Shown here in pieces: positions 1 to 13,774 of a DNA stretch of 64,000 nt. This DNA comes from Leptogorgia sarmentosa. Lineage: Eukaryota. The position numbers and the translations under genes are program-made. The notes under the pieces are model-generated. The model was not told where the DNA came from. It saw nothing but the letters and a program-made list of their open reading frames with translations, and made no database searches. Location of the stretch: assembly GCA_964658305.1 (NCBI GenBank), contig OZ210885.1, forward strand, positions 1,240,001 to 1,304,000, read 5' to 3'. Position 1 is the stretch's first letter. Every line of letters begins with the position of its first letter.

Positions 1-267
1 GGTATTTGTTTGGTAAATTCAAGTATAAAAGTGTTACGATTTTGGAAGGGATTACCTATCAGTTAAAGAACAACGCGATTCGATAGGCGGGGTAAAACTT
101 AATAAGACAAACAACAGTACATATATGCATATATGGTTAATAAAAATAATGCATATATGGTTAATTTTGGTTACAACTCGAAGTCGCCAAGACTCATCAA
201 ATTGTTTTTAGCGAAACTAAGTTTTAAAATCTATCAAATATATGAGAAACTATACAGGTACACTTAC

Positions 268-3200
268 TTGTAACTGGACCATCCGCATTAACTGTTACCT
301 CGGTCATTCTAACTGAATTAAATCCACCAGCTGGTTTACCGGGGTTTTGCTGCTCAGATGCCGAGGATTGGTTTCTCAGAGACCTAACAGAACTGCGTGT
401 TGAACTGGATGTATCTGAGAAGCTTCTCGAAGATTGCGGTTGAGTCGAAGGGAGGGAATTATGTACTCCACTGTTTACAGGTGCTCTGGACAGATTTCTG
501 CTCGTGTTCATCGAAAATTGACCGCTGTTCATGGCATTTAGAAAACCTGGATTCCTGGTAATGGCTCTACGTCCATGGTTTTGTACCAGATTTGCAGCGT
601 GCTTTTTAGATGCTTGACTTTGACGAAGTAGATCATAGTCACCAAGGAGAAATGCGTCTATAATGTGCACAAGATCAAATCTGACAATGGATTCAAAGAA
701 ATCAGAGAGTTGATGTAAATCTGACGCGTTGATGACTCCTTTTTCATCAAGTTGAAAGAGAATATCAGTGGCATTCCGTGGGTTATTGATTGAGAAATTC
801 TGAGCCGCCCAGTCTTGTAGTACAATGACGTCCGAGGAGAGAAGGTTTTGTGCAAGGGATAGCAAAAGGAGCTTGTAGTTGTTATACAAGGTTGTTGCAA
901 CTGATGTGGGTGGAATGCTCCTCAATGATATGGACTCTCTTCCAGAATCATCTTGCTGGACCGAAAATGACAAACCACGCTGGGATGCGGACGCCTGATC
1001 GCGGGTTCCCTCGACATTTCCTGATGGACTACTTCCCTCTCCGCCACTGGAGTTCTCTGTAGATTGGATACTTGCTGTATTTTGGACCGTTGCGGTTTGC
1101 TCGACGCCGTTAACAGTATTGCTTTCCTGATTACTTGCTTGGAACGTCCTTTCATTTTCGTCATTTCGGACATTCGCTACCCTGCCTGGTTGATGGTTGT
1201 TCTCTTGCACCAAGGCCTCGGCTCCATTGACGAGGTGACCACGAGAGGAAGCTGCTTCATCCACAGTTGATGAATTTAGTACTGGAGGATTTCGACTTTT
1301 ATTACTACTGATCGGAGGTCTTGACGAACCATTTGCACCAAAGTATCCTTGATCACCGTTTTCGCCGTTGTTGCCCAACTCATTCGATCTGGGCTTTCGA
1401 GAGTTGGACGTGGCAGATATTTCCTGCGAGGGAGATTGAAATATGTGACGGAAGTGCTCCGATTTTCTTTCTTCGTTTTCTTTAGCCGTTTTCTCAACTG
1501 TTACTTCGCCAAGCTCTGACAAGATCTCGTTGTTTATGGACTGCAATGCTGCCAGTTGCTTTCTAAGAGACAGGTTTTCATCCTCCAGTTCTGTTACTCT
1601 CGCGGAAATCATCCGAGTTGATGGCTGCGAGAAATACAGAGAATTCCGTCCTTTCAACGCGTTTTCTTGCGACGTCTTTTCATACTTCATCTTTTTGTCG
1701 GCACCAGAATCTCCAATATGCCCAGTAATCCACTTTCCTGGACTTTGTTTTTCAATCTGTGGAACATTGATATCGTTGAATATCTTTCTTTCGGGCTTCT
1801 TTCCTTTTTTACATTGTTGACGATTAGAATCTTCTTCTAAACATGCAAAATCTTGCACTTTGGTTTTCGTCTTTGTTTTTAGGGAAGCTTGTACCAAATC
1901 ATCTTCAGGTTTCTGGAAAGTACTTCCGGGATTGTGATCATAAGTTTGAGCAGCATCGTCGCGGTCAATGTTTCCACACAGATTAATGTTTTCTGTTTTC
2001 TTCCTGATTTTGTAATTGGGTGATAGAGGAGGAGAAATGCTGTTTGGTTGCGAATTTAAATCAAGATCCAAGTTTCCATTTTCACACTGTTCAGTTTTTT
2101 TATTTTCTTTACCATAATTCAACAAATGCGTGATTAAAAAGGAACGTGAGTCCTGCAAGAAACTGTCGATTTCGTTTGGTGTGGGAGGTTTAGTATATGA
2201 GCATTTCCCGCGATCTAACAACTGTTTCAACGGTAGAACATTTTCCTCGCTTGGATTTTTAAGGCAAGCCTCAATCAGATCTAATGAATGCAATGTTTCA
2301 GCAAACATAGCTTTCATCTCAAGAGTAGAAGTCAGCAATTTTGAAATGTCTTTTTTATCGGCTACGTTTGGGGATTCGGTGGCATTGATCCAAATAACCT
2401 TGCGCGCATAAAGCTCTACCACTTCATTTGTAAGACCACAAATAAAATTATATGTTGGTACATTGTTGCTCGGTTCAATTGTGGAGCACAAGAAATTTTT
2501 CTTGTGCAAATGTGTAAGAAACAATTCTGAAGTTGATGTAGAAAAATCTAGAAAATACAAATACAAGAATATTCAATCTTTGGCACAAATCTGTGCAACC
2601 CCATGGACGAAGAGATGGGACGTTCTCTCGTTAATATTTATCATTTATTTGCTGATGCAGAGGGGAAACAGTGAGTTTTGTGTCCCCCGAGACATTGTTG
2701 TTAAACGAAGCAAAGCCAAGTTTAACAACAGTGTCGATTTAGGACAGAAAACTCACTGTTTCCCGAGGTTTCAGTGAATAAATGTTTTGTTATATAGCTA
2801 AGTGTCAAAGTTGAATTTTCAAACCATATCATGGTTCGACTAGCAGACCGAGCAGACATGTTCTTCCTTTGAACTGTCAATTCCCGCGCATGCGCACACC
2901 AGTTTTATTGTTGACCGGTCGGTTAACAAATGTTCCACTGTTGACCGATTGTGTCATCGCAACGGAAATGTGGTAAACATAACGTGCGAATGAGCAAGCG
3001 AAAAAAAAACGAGACCGCGGAGTATCCTCCAGTACGGACCGAATAAGCTCAGTTAACAACGTATATATATTAAGCCGAGAACGTATCATCTGATCATCAT
3101 GTCTAATCCTGGCTAAACATATAAGATTTTTTAACCCCATTTTTAACCCCTCTAATTTTCAAGACAATCACATTGCAAAAGATGTGAAAGTTGGTGAACG

Positions 3201-4967
3201 CATGCAGTAAAAATACGCATGCTTCGCACTATATAAGGTAGTGTTCTTGAAAAATATATCAACGATGCTCAAGAAAAGTCTTTTGGATTTTATCTGATTT
3301 TAACCTTTGACAGATACCATCCGAAATTTCCATCCAGAGGCAAATCGAGAGAATTTTGAACAGTCAGAACCTTTGGAGGGGATTTTTGTTTTCAATTCCA
3401 TACGTTTCCAAATATTAATACGGAAAGATGCAGTACGAAAATCATTGATGAATAATATAATATTGTGATAATAGAACACAACTACTCCATGTACAGTACC
3501 TTTTCCTTCATAGTAGTTCAAATCTGCTAACACTTTTCTTTCATGTGAAGCTGGCAAACCCACTTGTACAACAAGCTGTTTCATGTCATGAAATCTTTGT
3601 TTAAACTCGTCATCAACCCATTCGTTGGGGTTGCAATGTGCCCACATATTTCTTCCTTTTTGCACAGCATTTGCCGTATTCTGAAGGGCAACAGGGAAAC
3701 AATCCATATTACCAAATAGATGTAGTACAACAGAAGCATCGCAAGTTTCGTCAAACGCGTTGAAATTCATCATATCGTTTTCAAGAAAACACTTGGCATA
3801 TTCAACAGGCGAAGTAATTTCGTTTAACTTCAAGTGCTTGATGACGTCGCTCTTTTTTTTATTCATACCATTACGTACTGTGAAGCCATTTTTAGAGTGG
3901 CCATGTAGAGAAGACTCCGACTTCAAAAATAAATGATATTCATCTGAAACATATTTCCCTAGTATTGGACGTAGTGAAGGGACCAAAACGTGATTAAGAG
4001 CTCTTCCAAAAACAAACCAACGCCTTGTCTCCACTGAAAATCTACACAACAACAAAATTTCGAAAGTTAAATTATTATTCAACATTGATAAAATTAACTG
4101 GTATGTAAATTACAAAAACTAAGATGGTATACAATCAAAAGTATGAATAATATATGCTTGAAATATCATGGATCGCATGCCGATATATGCGTCAACCAAA
4201 AATCAGCTTCAATTTCGAAGGAAAAGCAACATGTGCATTGCTATATATCTATACAGTACACAATTATAGGAGCAACTACTATATGCATATATATTATTAT
4301 TCATGAAACTACACTTGGGCAAGAAAAGAAGCAAATTGCACAGCAAAAAATGAACATTTTGTTGCAATGAAAACAGGATTGCACAATGCCCGCATTGTGC
4401 ATAGTTGTCAACAATATTGCCATCTTATCAGTGGTGGCGTTAAGGGCGGGGCATGTTGGGGCATTTGCCTCCACAATATTAACTTCTGCCTCCCCCCACC
4501 CCAATGCCCCCCCCCCCCCAAGAAAATTTAGCACTCGATAAACGCTCGGGACGAACACTCGAAGGGTTCCACGAAAACGTATTACGCTTGTTTAACTTAT
4601 TATATGAGTTACTGTATGTGAACGGTCCTTTTTATATTGTTTGATAGAAAAACATGGGACTGCCAAACACAAAGAACACGATATTGTACTGTCCTAGATA
4701 TTGATTATACAGGGCTCACGTAATGGAATATTTCCATTTGCGCCCCCCAAAAAATTGGTTTGCCCCTCAATCGCCCCCCGCCAGAAAAAAAAATGGTGCC
4801 TGGCGCCGCCACTGCATCAAAGAATTGAAATTTGAAACGAGGGCGACAAGTCAAGTGTTCGAATGCTGTCAAGTGTTACCCTGTATAAATAAAGTTATAG
4901 TTAAACCAATTGGAAAATTTAGAAGAAATACATACATTGTAATGAAATCTCCCGTCCGATCTTCCAT
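268..4967 (-). CDS. Multi-exon gene (3' part beyond left edge): HEPN-like (DZIP3-type) N-terminal domain, helical domain, low-complexity/coiled-coil linker, death effector domain (DED)
   Basis: Exons 4967-4936 (MEDRTGDFIT, phase 2), 4041-3500 (phase 2 to 1) and 2547-268 (phase 1 to 1) all have GT-AG boundaries and join in frame. Exon 2 has RWFVFGRALNHVLVPSLR...FDETCDASVVLHL...GRNMWAHC, with the HEPN RxxxxH motif. Exon 3 has YKLLLLSLAQNLLSSDV...DILFQLDEKGVI...LSDFFESIVRFDLVHIIDAF, a DED pattern with RxDL. Confidence 0.8.
2640..2800. repeat. Imperfect long hairpin/palindromic interspersed repeat in intron
   Basis: GGAAACAGTGAGTTTT...TGTTGTTAAAC pairs with GTTTAACAACA...AAAACTCACTGTTTCC around a central GAAGCAAAGCC. 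Confidence 0.6.
4429..4814. mobile_element. hAT-like MITE (CAGTGG(T/C)GG termini), intronic
   Basis: Termini CAGTGGTGGCG / CGCCGCCACTG. Homologous in opposite orientation to 52536-53010. TSD is degenerate. Confidence 0.65.
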
Positions 4968-5303
4968 ATTTTCTTTAATATTCGTTACATAAATTGATAC
5001 CTGAAAATTAGTTCGTCTGTTAGAATCGAACTAGATTAATATTAATCTGACACTGCAGTAGAACAACGAAAAATTCGTTGTCTCGAGCCGAATTTCTGTC
5101 CGTAAACACATTTATTTTCTGAGTGACCGTATTAACGGGGTGATTTCTTTAGTTCGGGACTCTAAAACATAGCCGTTGGCCGTATTAACGGGGTAACTTT
5201 ATTATAAAATATATTAGTATTTCGCCGGGACAAAAAAAAATGACCGTATTATCGAGGTGACCGTATTAACGGGGTGGCCGTAAGGCGGGGTTCCACTGTA
5301 TAG

Positions 5304-5440
5304 GAAATTATACGGTTCGAGAAGTATTAATGAAAAATTGCACGGGTGTTTGGCGAAATACCGCGAGTGCGAAGCACGAGCGGTATTTCGCCGAACACAA
5401 GTGCAATTTTTCATTAATACTTCGAGAACAAGTGTAATTT
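5304..5440. repeat. Long palindromic hairpin repeat centred on GCGAAGC
   Basis: CGAGAAGTATTAATGAAAAATTGCAC...GGCGAAATACCGC pairs with GCGGTATTTCGCC...GTGCAATTTTTCATTAATACTTC. Confidence 0.7.
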
Positions 5441-6181
5441 CGTGTTAATATCATTGTAGTACACGTTCACTAAACTTTTTTGTCCAAAGTTGACAATAAA
5501 TGACAAAAAAAAACAAGGATTTTAGCGTGGATAAGCGTTTATTTATTTGTTTTTATAATGTATCGCGGGCTCGAAACCGTGCAATTAAGTTTAATTTGCA
5601 CACCTGTGCAATTAATTAATGTTTAATTTGCACAGTTGTTGAAGCTTTTCAGCCAATCAGCGTCCAGGAAATTGACAACAATGATATTAGAGCCAAAATT
5701 AAAAAAAAAAGTAGAAAACAATCTTATTTCTTCCTAAAGTCTTATTAGTGATAGTCCTAATAGTCTTATTTCTTCCTAAATTTGCCAATGAATCAGTAAT
5801 TGGGGCCATCCAATATGGCTGCCAAAAGCCTCATTATATGGTGTTTAAAACGTTCCAAGGCTAATATTACGAAATATTTGGAGCCGTATTGACAAGTTAC
5901 ATTAGAAAATGTGTTTGCTTATAGCCTACCTAAAAGGTAGTAGCTACCTAATTTAAAAAGCAAGCGCTTTAGCTTAGTCCGAAATTTGACACATTTATAA
6001 ACCGAATCTCATTAAAAATATTCCAGCTTCAAAATTGAGTCACTGAACACAATAGGATGTGCGATCCAGTATTAGTATAGATCAGTGGTCTTAGCTTGCA
6101 TATCAATAAAAACATCCATCCAGTCTCATATATACAGCTCACGCACGCTTGTGTCGTACGCAATGTATGTATTATATTATA

Positions 6182-6369
6182 AGGTTGGCGGCAACTAAAT
6201 CTGTTTACGAAAATTTACCGATACACTGCCACAAAATTATCGCCAAAACATTGAAACCAATCCAATAATAAAAAGAGTAAAAATAAACTTTGATGTTAGT
6301 TTCAATGTTTTGGCGATAGTTTTGTGGCAGTGTATCGGTTTTCGTAAATATAGATTTAGTTGCCAACCT
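6182..6369. mobile_element. Palindromic MITE with probable TA TSD
   Basis: TA|AGGTTGGC...CAACTAAATC...CCGATACACTGCCACAAAA...ATTGAAAC pairs with GTTTCAAT...GATTTAGTTGCCAACCT|TA. Confidence 0.7.
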
Positions 6370-9306
6370 TATCATAATAATTATCAATTGAGCAAAACAT
6401 CATCCTCTGCCTTCGGCATCGGCAAACAATTGATCTGCTCGCGACCGACAAATCACGATAGTTTGCTCGACCTCGTCCAATAATTGTTTCCTTATTTACT
6501 TCATAGTATTCTCAATCTTGTTTGGTTCATTTACCTACATATTCTTTTCTTCAATAAGGGACGACAAATCGTCTTCTGAAAGCTCTGGAAAGCGAGCCTC
6601 CCAATGCGCATGCTCAGAATATTACCTAGGTGATCTCGATACACGGAAAAGGACTGGGACTAGCTGTCAAATAGAAATCCATTTTTCGACCGAAGCAACT
6701 GAATATCTCTCATAATATACTTTATTTCGATTCCATATTTTTGTCAGAGCTATAGTTCTCATAACCAAACATAATTACTGTAGACTCTCTGGGCAGATTA
6801 TTGAAAGACGCAATGTCCAAGAGTCAATACAAGTATGATGGGCAGCAATAATACGAACTTCACACACATACACACCAAACAATAACTTTAATACCAGTTA
6901 ATAATGAATGTTCTGTTGTCGATATAGCTTGATAGCAGGTTGAGATTAAAGGTTGTAGGTATCGATAGATAGATGATTAATAGGATTGGTATGGAATGAC
7001 TATGGTTCGAACTATACAATTAGGAAAAGAATTACACAGATTACGGCATGCGCGCAAGTCTAACATGCATATACATGAATACTACAACATGTTACGCTAT
7101 AGATAATAAGATAAGACCAAAACTAACTATACGACAAGGTGAATATAACTAACTTTGGTCGGCGCACACCAACTTGTATAACAAAAATAGATCTTTCGAC
7201 CGCGTTACTTGATAATAGTTCGCTTAGCGTTCTCGCTCTGTTAACGTGCAGCCTTTTGTATAACATTGAAACCCGAAACCTAAACTAAACCCCTAAACAT
7301 GTGCGTGCGCTACGTTACCATGGAAATGGCAAGGTGTAAGTCAAGTTTCAAACCTACAATTACAAAATTTCAAGTAGTTTCGTACAGAATAACGAAAGAT
7401 ATAATCGTGTGAATATAGCAAAATGGATTTCTATTCGGGCAACCCTTTCTGAGCGCTGATTGGCTGAAACACGAATGCGAGATCATCTGCTAGTTGTAGC
7501 TGAAGAATGTTTTTAACAATTAATGCGCATGCTCGGACTATTATTTGCCCGCAGTTATTTGGAGGTAAATTAACCAATCAAAAATTGAGAACACTATAGT
7601 GAATAATAATTATTATGTACTGTATGTCAAATGCGTGCGTGAGCTGTATATAGGAAACTGGATGGATGTTTTTATTCATTTGCAAGCTAAAGACAAAGGA
7701 GTACTGACAACTCTTGGGCTACCTAGGATACTATCAGAGTTCAGAGATATATAGTATTCTGATAATAATTCAAATGAGTACAAAACTTAGTTGAATCACA
7801 TTTTATTGAATTTAAAAGAAAGCAGACAAGTATACTCTTAAGCCTCTTATACTGCAGCATAGATATCAACAATATTGTGGCCTTAACTGGTGTAACAATA
7901 CTGGGCAACACTGTTGACAACCAGGTTGACAACTACGAATAATGTGAGTAACAAAAACTTTGCCGTCTCAATAGTTGTTGTGAACGAATAATTTACATAC
8001 TCATGTTCATAATTATTTGAATTTCTGTTACGATAAACGTTTCATAATATATACCTACTATTTGATCCTGCAACTTGTGGCGTGCAGTTACGTTAAAGTA
8101 GTTTTAGTCCATCATGTGTAAATCTTAAATAGTTATATGATATATATCGAAGGACCCGAGCGAAGGTGATTCCCAAAAAATATGTAAACAAAACTAACGT
8201 ATTGCCTAGCAACGTAAGCGTCACTAGCCTACGCCATTGAACTATATTTATTCTAAATATGTTTTATTCTAAATATGTTTTATTAAATATATTTATTCTA
8301 AATATGTTTTATTTAGTTCAATGGCCTACGCTGACTCCGCGATCGAAATTGCCCTGGCTTGCGAGGTTGCGTCATTCCAACAGTGAGCGGCTATAATATT
8401 GCTATATAATATTATTGTAATACAAATATATAAATTTATTTGTGATGTTACATGTATTATAACACATGTGCGTGACAACGACAAATATTTCGATTGCATA
8501 ATAGCCGTCAAATAGGCAAATTTTGTAATACCTTCGCATTAACTATTAAGTACAACTGTATACGAATTTGCCAATTCAACTTCTCCCGGGCATATTTCCG
8601 TATTTTACAACATTTCGCACCCAAACATCCCAGTTTTGCCAACTTTAGGGTGCTCTTTGTTTGTGAAATAAATTGTACTACGTACAGTAATTGAGTATCG
8701 CGAATTGTTTTAAAATTTTGCCTATTATGCAATTAGTCCGTTGGCCGAGCGCCAATATGGTACATAGTCGTACATAGCACACAGTGCATGGTGATAGCAG
8801 AAACATATATAACCTTTACAATTATTCAATGACGTAACGTCAGTGGTATGGACTAGTATCAAGCCGATGTTTGTCGACTGTCGTTATCAACCGAAGTCGA
8901 AGAGGCTGATTTATAGATACTGTTCAATTGAAGTCAACATTATATATGTTGGTCTAACATCATCCAACTTTGTTGGATACAACATGTTAAACGCTATGTC
9001 GGATGATGTTAGATATATAATGTTGATATATCATGCAACATTGTAAGCCCACCAATGTTGGACGATGTTGTTTGAACAGGCCTTTATACTTACCGGCTGC
9101 CGGCTGGTAGGGAAACCTCGAGTTTCCACGTTCAAGCGAAGTTCGACATATCTATCCAAACTGTGGCAATCTTTATTTGTCACATAAAAATTGCTCGTGT
9201 GATCAGGCCGAGGGCTTAACTTTGTTCGTGAACTTCAAAGCTCAGCGTTGTTTCAGATTTTTTTATCGCTAAAGGATGTGTAGTAAATCAAATGTTCCAT
9301 CACGCA

Positions 9307-9830
9307 GCCGTTGAACAAAGACCTCAACGGGTAGTACCCAATATTTCTCAATTGAGAACACGGGTAATGCCCACGCTGGACTATCGCCTAAGCTTGCTGG
9401 TCGGCGTTTCAGTATTACTCTTGATATAGTTATATTAGTGTTAGATATAAACCATTTTTCTATATACTAAGAATTTCCTTAATCCCAACCCAAACCCTAG
9501 AATCCTAACCCTGACCATTGTGGTCAGAATAATATTGAGGAAAAAAAAGTTTTCATCACCAACGCTGAAAAAATGTGTCGAACTGGGGTTTGAACTATAG
9601 AACTGCAACGCATGCACGCACCGCGTGCCTTACCACTTGAGTTAATCGAGCTCGCTGTTCACCACTCTAAACTCTCTGGCCTGGCTAAATGCATATGATT
9701 ATAGACCCGGGCAATCACTGTTCATAATTTACCAGGCCAGGCTACTTAGACGATAGTCCAGCGTGGGCATTACCCATGTTCTCAATTGAGAAATATCGGG
9801 TACTACCCGTTGAGGTCTTTGTTTAACGGC
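9307..9830. mobile_element. Non-autonomous TIR element (~85-bp TIRs) with an internal tRNA-like segment and CCCTAA-like repeats
   Basis: GCCGTTGAACAAAGACCTCAACGGGTAGTACCC...CTATCGCCTAAG is mirrored at ~9745-9830. ATCACG occurs on both flanks (9299-9304, 9831-9836). Confidence 0.75.
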
Positions 9831-11237
9831 ATCACGGGTTCCATATCGCAAACGTTTTCGTCCAATGAAGTTCCAGAAATTTTTAGACTTTGCACCATAC
9901 GTATACGTATAACTGTGGTATCTCAAGTATCATGTGGCCACAGTGATTGCGACACTGAAGAGTGAAGCCTGCACCGCGCACGCACACAATTCTAGTATCT
10001 GATGTTTTTACTGTTCTGTCATAATGGATATGTATATGTTTCAAAGCAAATATTTCATCTAAAATGCGGAGAATCCTAATTGTGAAGAATCAACATTCCC
10101 GAAGTTGCGTTTCCTTGGCTTTCAAGTGTCTTCAATAGCTACAATTTCCTATTTTTTTATGGTGATCATTACAAAGTCTGAAGATGTCTCAAGACGACAA
10201 GACGAAACGTAAAAGTGCACGTGATTAGTTATTTTGCAGTATTCTGCGGTAGTTTTTTAGTTTAAAGTGAAGTTTGTGATGTATGCATTTCTATATAATA
10301 GATTATGGGTGATAAAGTTGCCAACCTTAGTATAATCCTAATATATAGCTAGACTAGCTACAACAACTGCGTGCGTGAGAGTCAGAGAGGGCACAGTTTA
10401 CAGTTAATAAGAGGCACAATAAGCAATGTTTGGAAAGATAAACTATAACATTCAAAGATACATGTGACATGGGCTACCTATGATACACATGCATGCACGA
10501 CTCATGAAACATGTACATTGATAGCTATACACAGCGAGTTCATACAGTTGTTATATCATTGAAACGGCGCCCACTGGAGTGTAATGAAACGACTTTGCGG
10601 TGTACACGAATTAAAATAACCAAAAGAGTACATCCTTACATAGCTACATGCTTTTTCTCGATATACGTATGACAGAGGAAAGTACAGCATATAAAAATAA
10701 TAAAATTAAAGCGCCATAATAAAGAATTGCTTTTGTTCGGGCCACGTGTTATATAAACAACTGTTTAAATTTCTCTCTCTCTGATTGATATCTGAGTATT
10801 CACAAGTGTCTATTTTCAGTATATACATCGGTATACAAACCTTGATAGATGAAGCAAATTAGCAAAATCCAGTATATACAAGAAATGAATCGACAGAATC
10901 AGCGTATTGTAGACTTGTAGTTAAAGCGACACGTATACATGACCTCATATACATATTAATATTAAATTAATATTTAATTTCCTTCTAAATAATGTACGTG
11001 TAACAATACTCACCAATGGGCAATGGCTGCGATTTAGTTGTTTTAATCAACTAATCAACTAAGCATAATCTGTTGTAAAAGTAGAATTGTAGAAGTAGAA
11101 AGCTACACACGCGGTCTATTCTTTTGTAGCTACACTGTGAACAATAAATTGACCCGCGTTCCGCAATACCAGGAAGGTAGAACAGGACTCTAGAACAGGA
11201 ATGACAAATACCGGAAAATCGTCAAACGAAAGTGCAA

Positions 11238-12543
11238 TTTTTGTATCTGCGTGACGTAGTGACGTATAATTTATTAATTTATTTATAATTTAATAATTCG
11301 TTAGTTAAATTTAGCCAATAGACGACAACGTACCATTGAGATGACGTAATTCCCACTGAGCCCACCCGCAAATTTAAGGGAACCAACGTGGAGTTCTTGC
11401 GGGCTAAATATTACAAAATGGCGGCTGATATAGGCGCGAGCTAAAGAGGGGTGATGTGTTTGTCTGTTTGATCGTGGATTTTGTTTCGCATGAATATCCA
11501 GATAAAAAGAAATATAATGTTCGCAGCGAGGAGTGACTTCACTGAAATAGAGGTTAATTTATGAGCGTTTGCGCCGTTTAGAACACCATTTATACTAAGG
11601 AAATTTATACGCAAAAATATCATGACGCAAATTGCAGACATTGGCATTGCTTTTAAAGATATTAATTAAAGAGGTTCGCGTTCGCTATGCAATTTAGATC
11701 ATCAAAGCAAAAATATCATGACGCAATTTATACAATTGAACGCAGCGAATAGTTTAAGGTTATGAAAGAGTTTAATGTCTTGACACAATTGCGCGTATAT
11801 TTTCCCTACGATACTTTAGCGTGTCGGCACTGTCGCCCTGACACACTGTACATGTTTGGACTGCCCGCGGTGTCATTGTGATCACGGAATATCTACTATA
11901 TTTTGACGCTTCGCCATACGGAATCGTTGAAACATTCAATCCCAGGAAAATAGATTTCGTAGCTTGTAATAAAACGGGTTTGTGTGTTTATTAAGCGCGA
12001 GACAAAACAAACGAAATCATATATAGTTTCAAGTATTCTGTTTTGAACCTACGCGCAATGCGCATACCGCTCATACATACACTTTAGCGTCTACGCAAAT
12101 GCGCATGAATGGACGGAATGTATTGTATATAAATATATTATTATGATACGGTATTGGAAAGGGTAAATTTGGTTTTTAGAGAGCCACATTTTTCACAAAC
12201 AATCGCAAAGCGCTGTGTCTAAGACGCAATAACATAAAATGCGATATCATATGTCGTCAAGTTTCAATTCCTTATGCAATTTGATATATGATGGCGGGAA
12301 TTCCGGAATGCGAGATAGTCATGAAAGCTTATATCAAGTATTGAATACGTCTCCGCACAAGCCCACGTCTTGAAAGGAATTAGTATTTGCGCTATTCGCC
12401 TATTTCCTAGCAGTAAACCATTTTATACATGCAAGATCGCGTATTAGGGATAAGATGCGTGTATCGAAAAGCTGAAAACAAATAAGACTTGATCATCAAG
12501 CTACATAGGCGCAGATACATGTACACTTTGTGTACCTATTTTT
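11238..12543 (+). mobile_element. Helentron-associated non-autonomous element (HINE-like), solo copy
   Basis: 5' TTTTTGTATCTGCG; subterminal inverted copy CGCAGATACA; 3' stem-loop GTACAC-TTT-GTGTAC followed by CTATTTTT; no TSD. Same family as 22695-26824. Confidence 0.7.
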
Positions 12544-12593
12544 CATTATTACTTCGAAAATAAGTCTTGTAATTTCCTTTTAGAGTTAGTTAG

Positions 12594-13376
12594 TTTCCCG
12601 AGTTAGGATTCGAGTTGGGATTCGAGTTGGGATTCGAGTTGGGATTCGAGTTAGGGTTCGAGTTGGGATTTTGTTTTTGTATCAGCTTGAGTAACCTCTA
12701 AAGTTATGGTCAGTAGCGATCCAAGTCAGACTGTACGAGACGGTAAAGGCTGAGACTGGGAAGTGTTAGCTTGCGTAGCTATAATCCATTTCCCTCGCTG
12801 GCGGAAATCTCACGTTTTACATGAAAATGATGAAACCTGGCATTCACAACAATGTTTCATATGAAGTGTGATGACGCCGCGTATCCTGAATAAGTGCGTA
12901 TATCTTTATAGCCTATACAGTCGCCTATATTGCATGCAGACTATACACAAGTGAAGTTCAGCGTGCTTCTTTCAAAAAATCAATGTTAAGGTTTAAGAAA
13001 CTAAAATACAGTAAGCATGCATGTAAATGTAATAAATTCGGAACAGCGTGGCCAGTGTGGGTGATTGTCTTGTTGTTGTGAGTTGTGACGTTGTTATGAG
13101 TAGATTTAGATGTCCGTGCTTCAACTTTCTGTTCGAAAAATTAAAGAAATTAAAGAAGCCGAAGACTCGGCATTGGGCGAGAAAGATCGATTTGCGTGCG
13201 TTTTCAATGACACACTGTTTGTCATCGCGAAATTTTTGAAAGCCTGATACATTGTCCGTTGTGTTGTAAAGTATCCTATTTTTGTCACAGTTTATGTTTT
13301 AACGACTATAAGCCCACGTAGCAGTTCAGGACGCAAAACCCAACTCGAATCCTACTCGAATCCTAACTCGGTAAAT
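12594..13376. mobile_element. TIR element with subterminal 12-bp tandem repeats (GAGTTGGGATTC)n
   Basis: About 6 units at 12599-12670. Inverted units CCCAACTCGAATCCTACTCGAATCCTAACTCGG at ~13339-13371. Confidence 0.6.
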
Positions 13377-13774
13377 AGCCGTCCTATGTCATCTTAGTAT
13401 ACATTCAGTCATCGCCCACTTGGAACCGTGCGAAGTGCGAAATAAACGTAACATTCATTATGCACACCACACCTGTGTAATTAATGTTTAACAATTAGGT
13501 CCGCGAAGCGTACATGTATCTGCGCAAAAGGATGTATGGCTGATGCAGAAGTACATAACTTGTACAATTAGTGGTATTCAGATTTATGTAGATATATGTA
13601 TTTTGGCAACCTCGTAAAGGAGGATCAAGACCCTGGGTACGAGGTTGGTGTTTTGGTAATTATACTATACGGACTGTTCAGCGTTGACATATTTTGTACA
13701 CACTTTAAACCAGACTATAATTGGCTAGTGATTGATGTCAAATCGTTGTTACTTAAAACATACGAATTAACTAT

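Noticed and set aside
9575..9655. Functional tRNA gene
   Set aside because: Acceptor and anticodon stems do not pair properly; kept only as a tRNA-like remnant.
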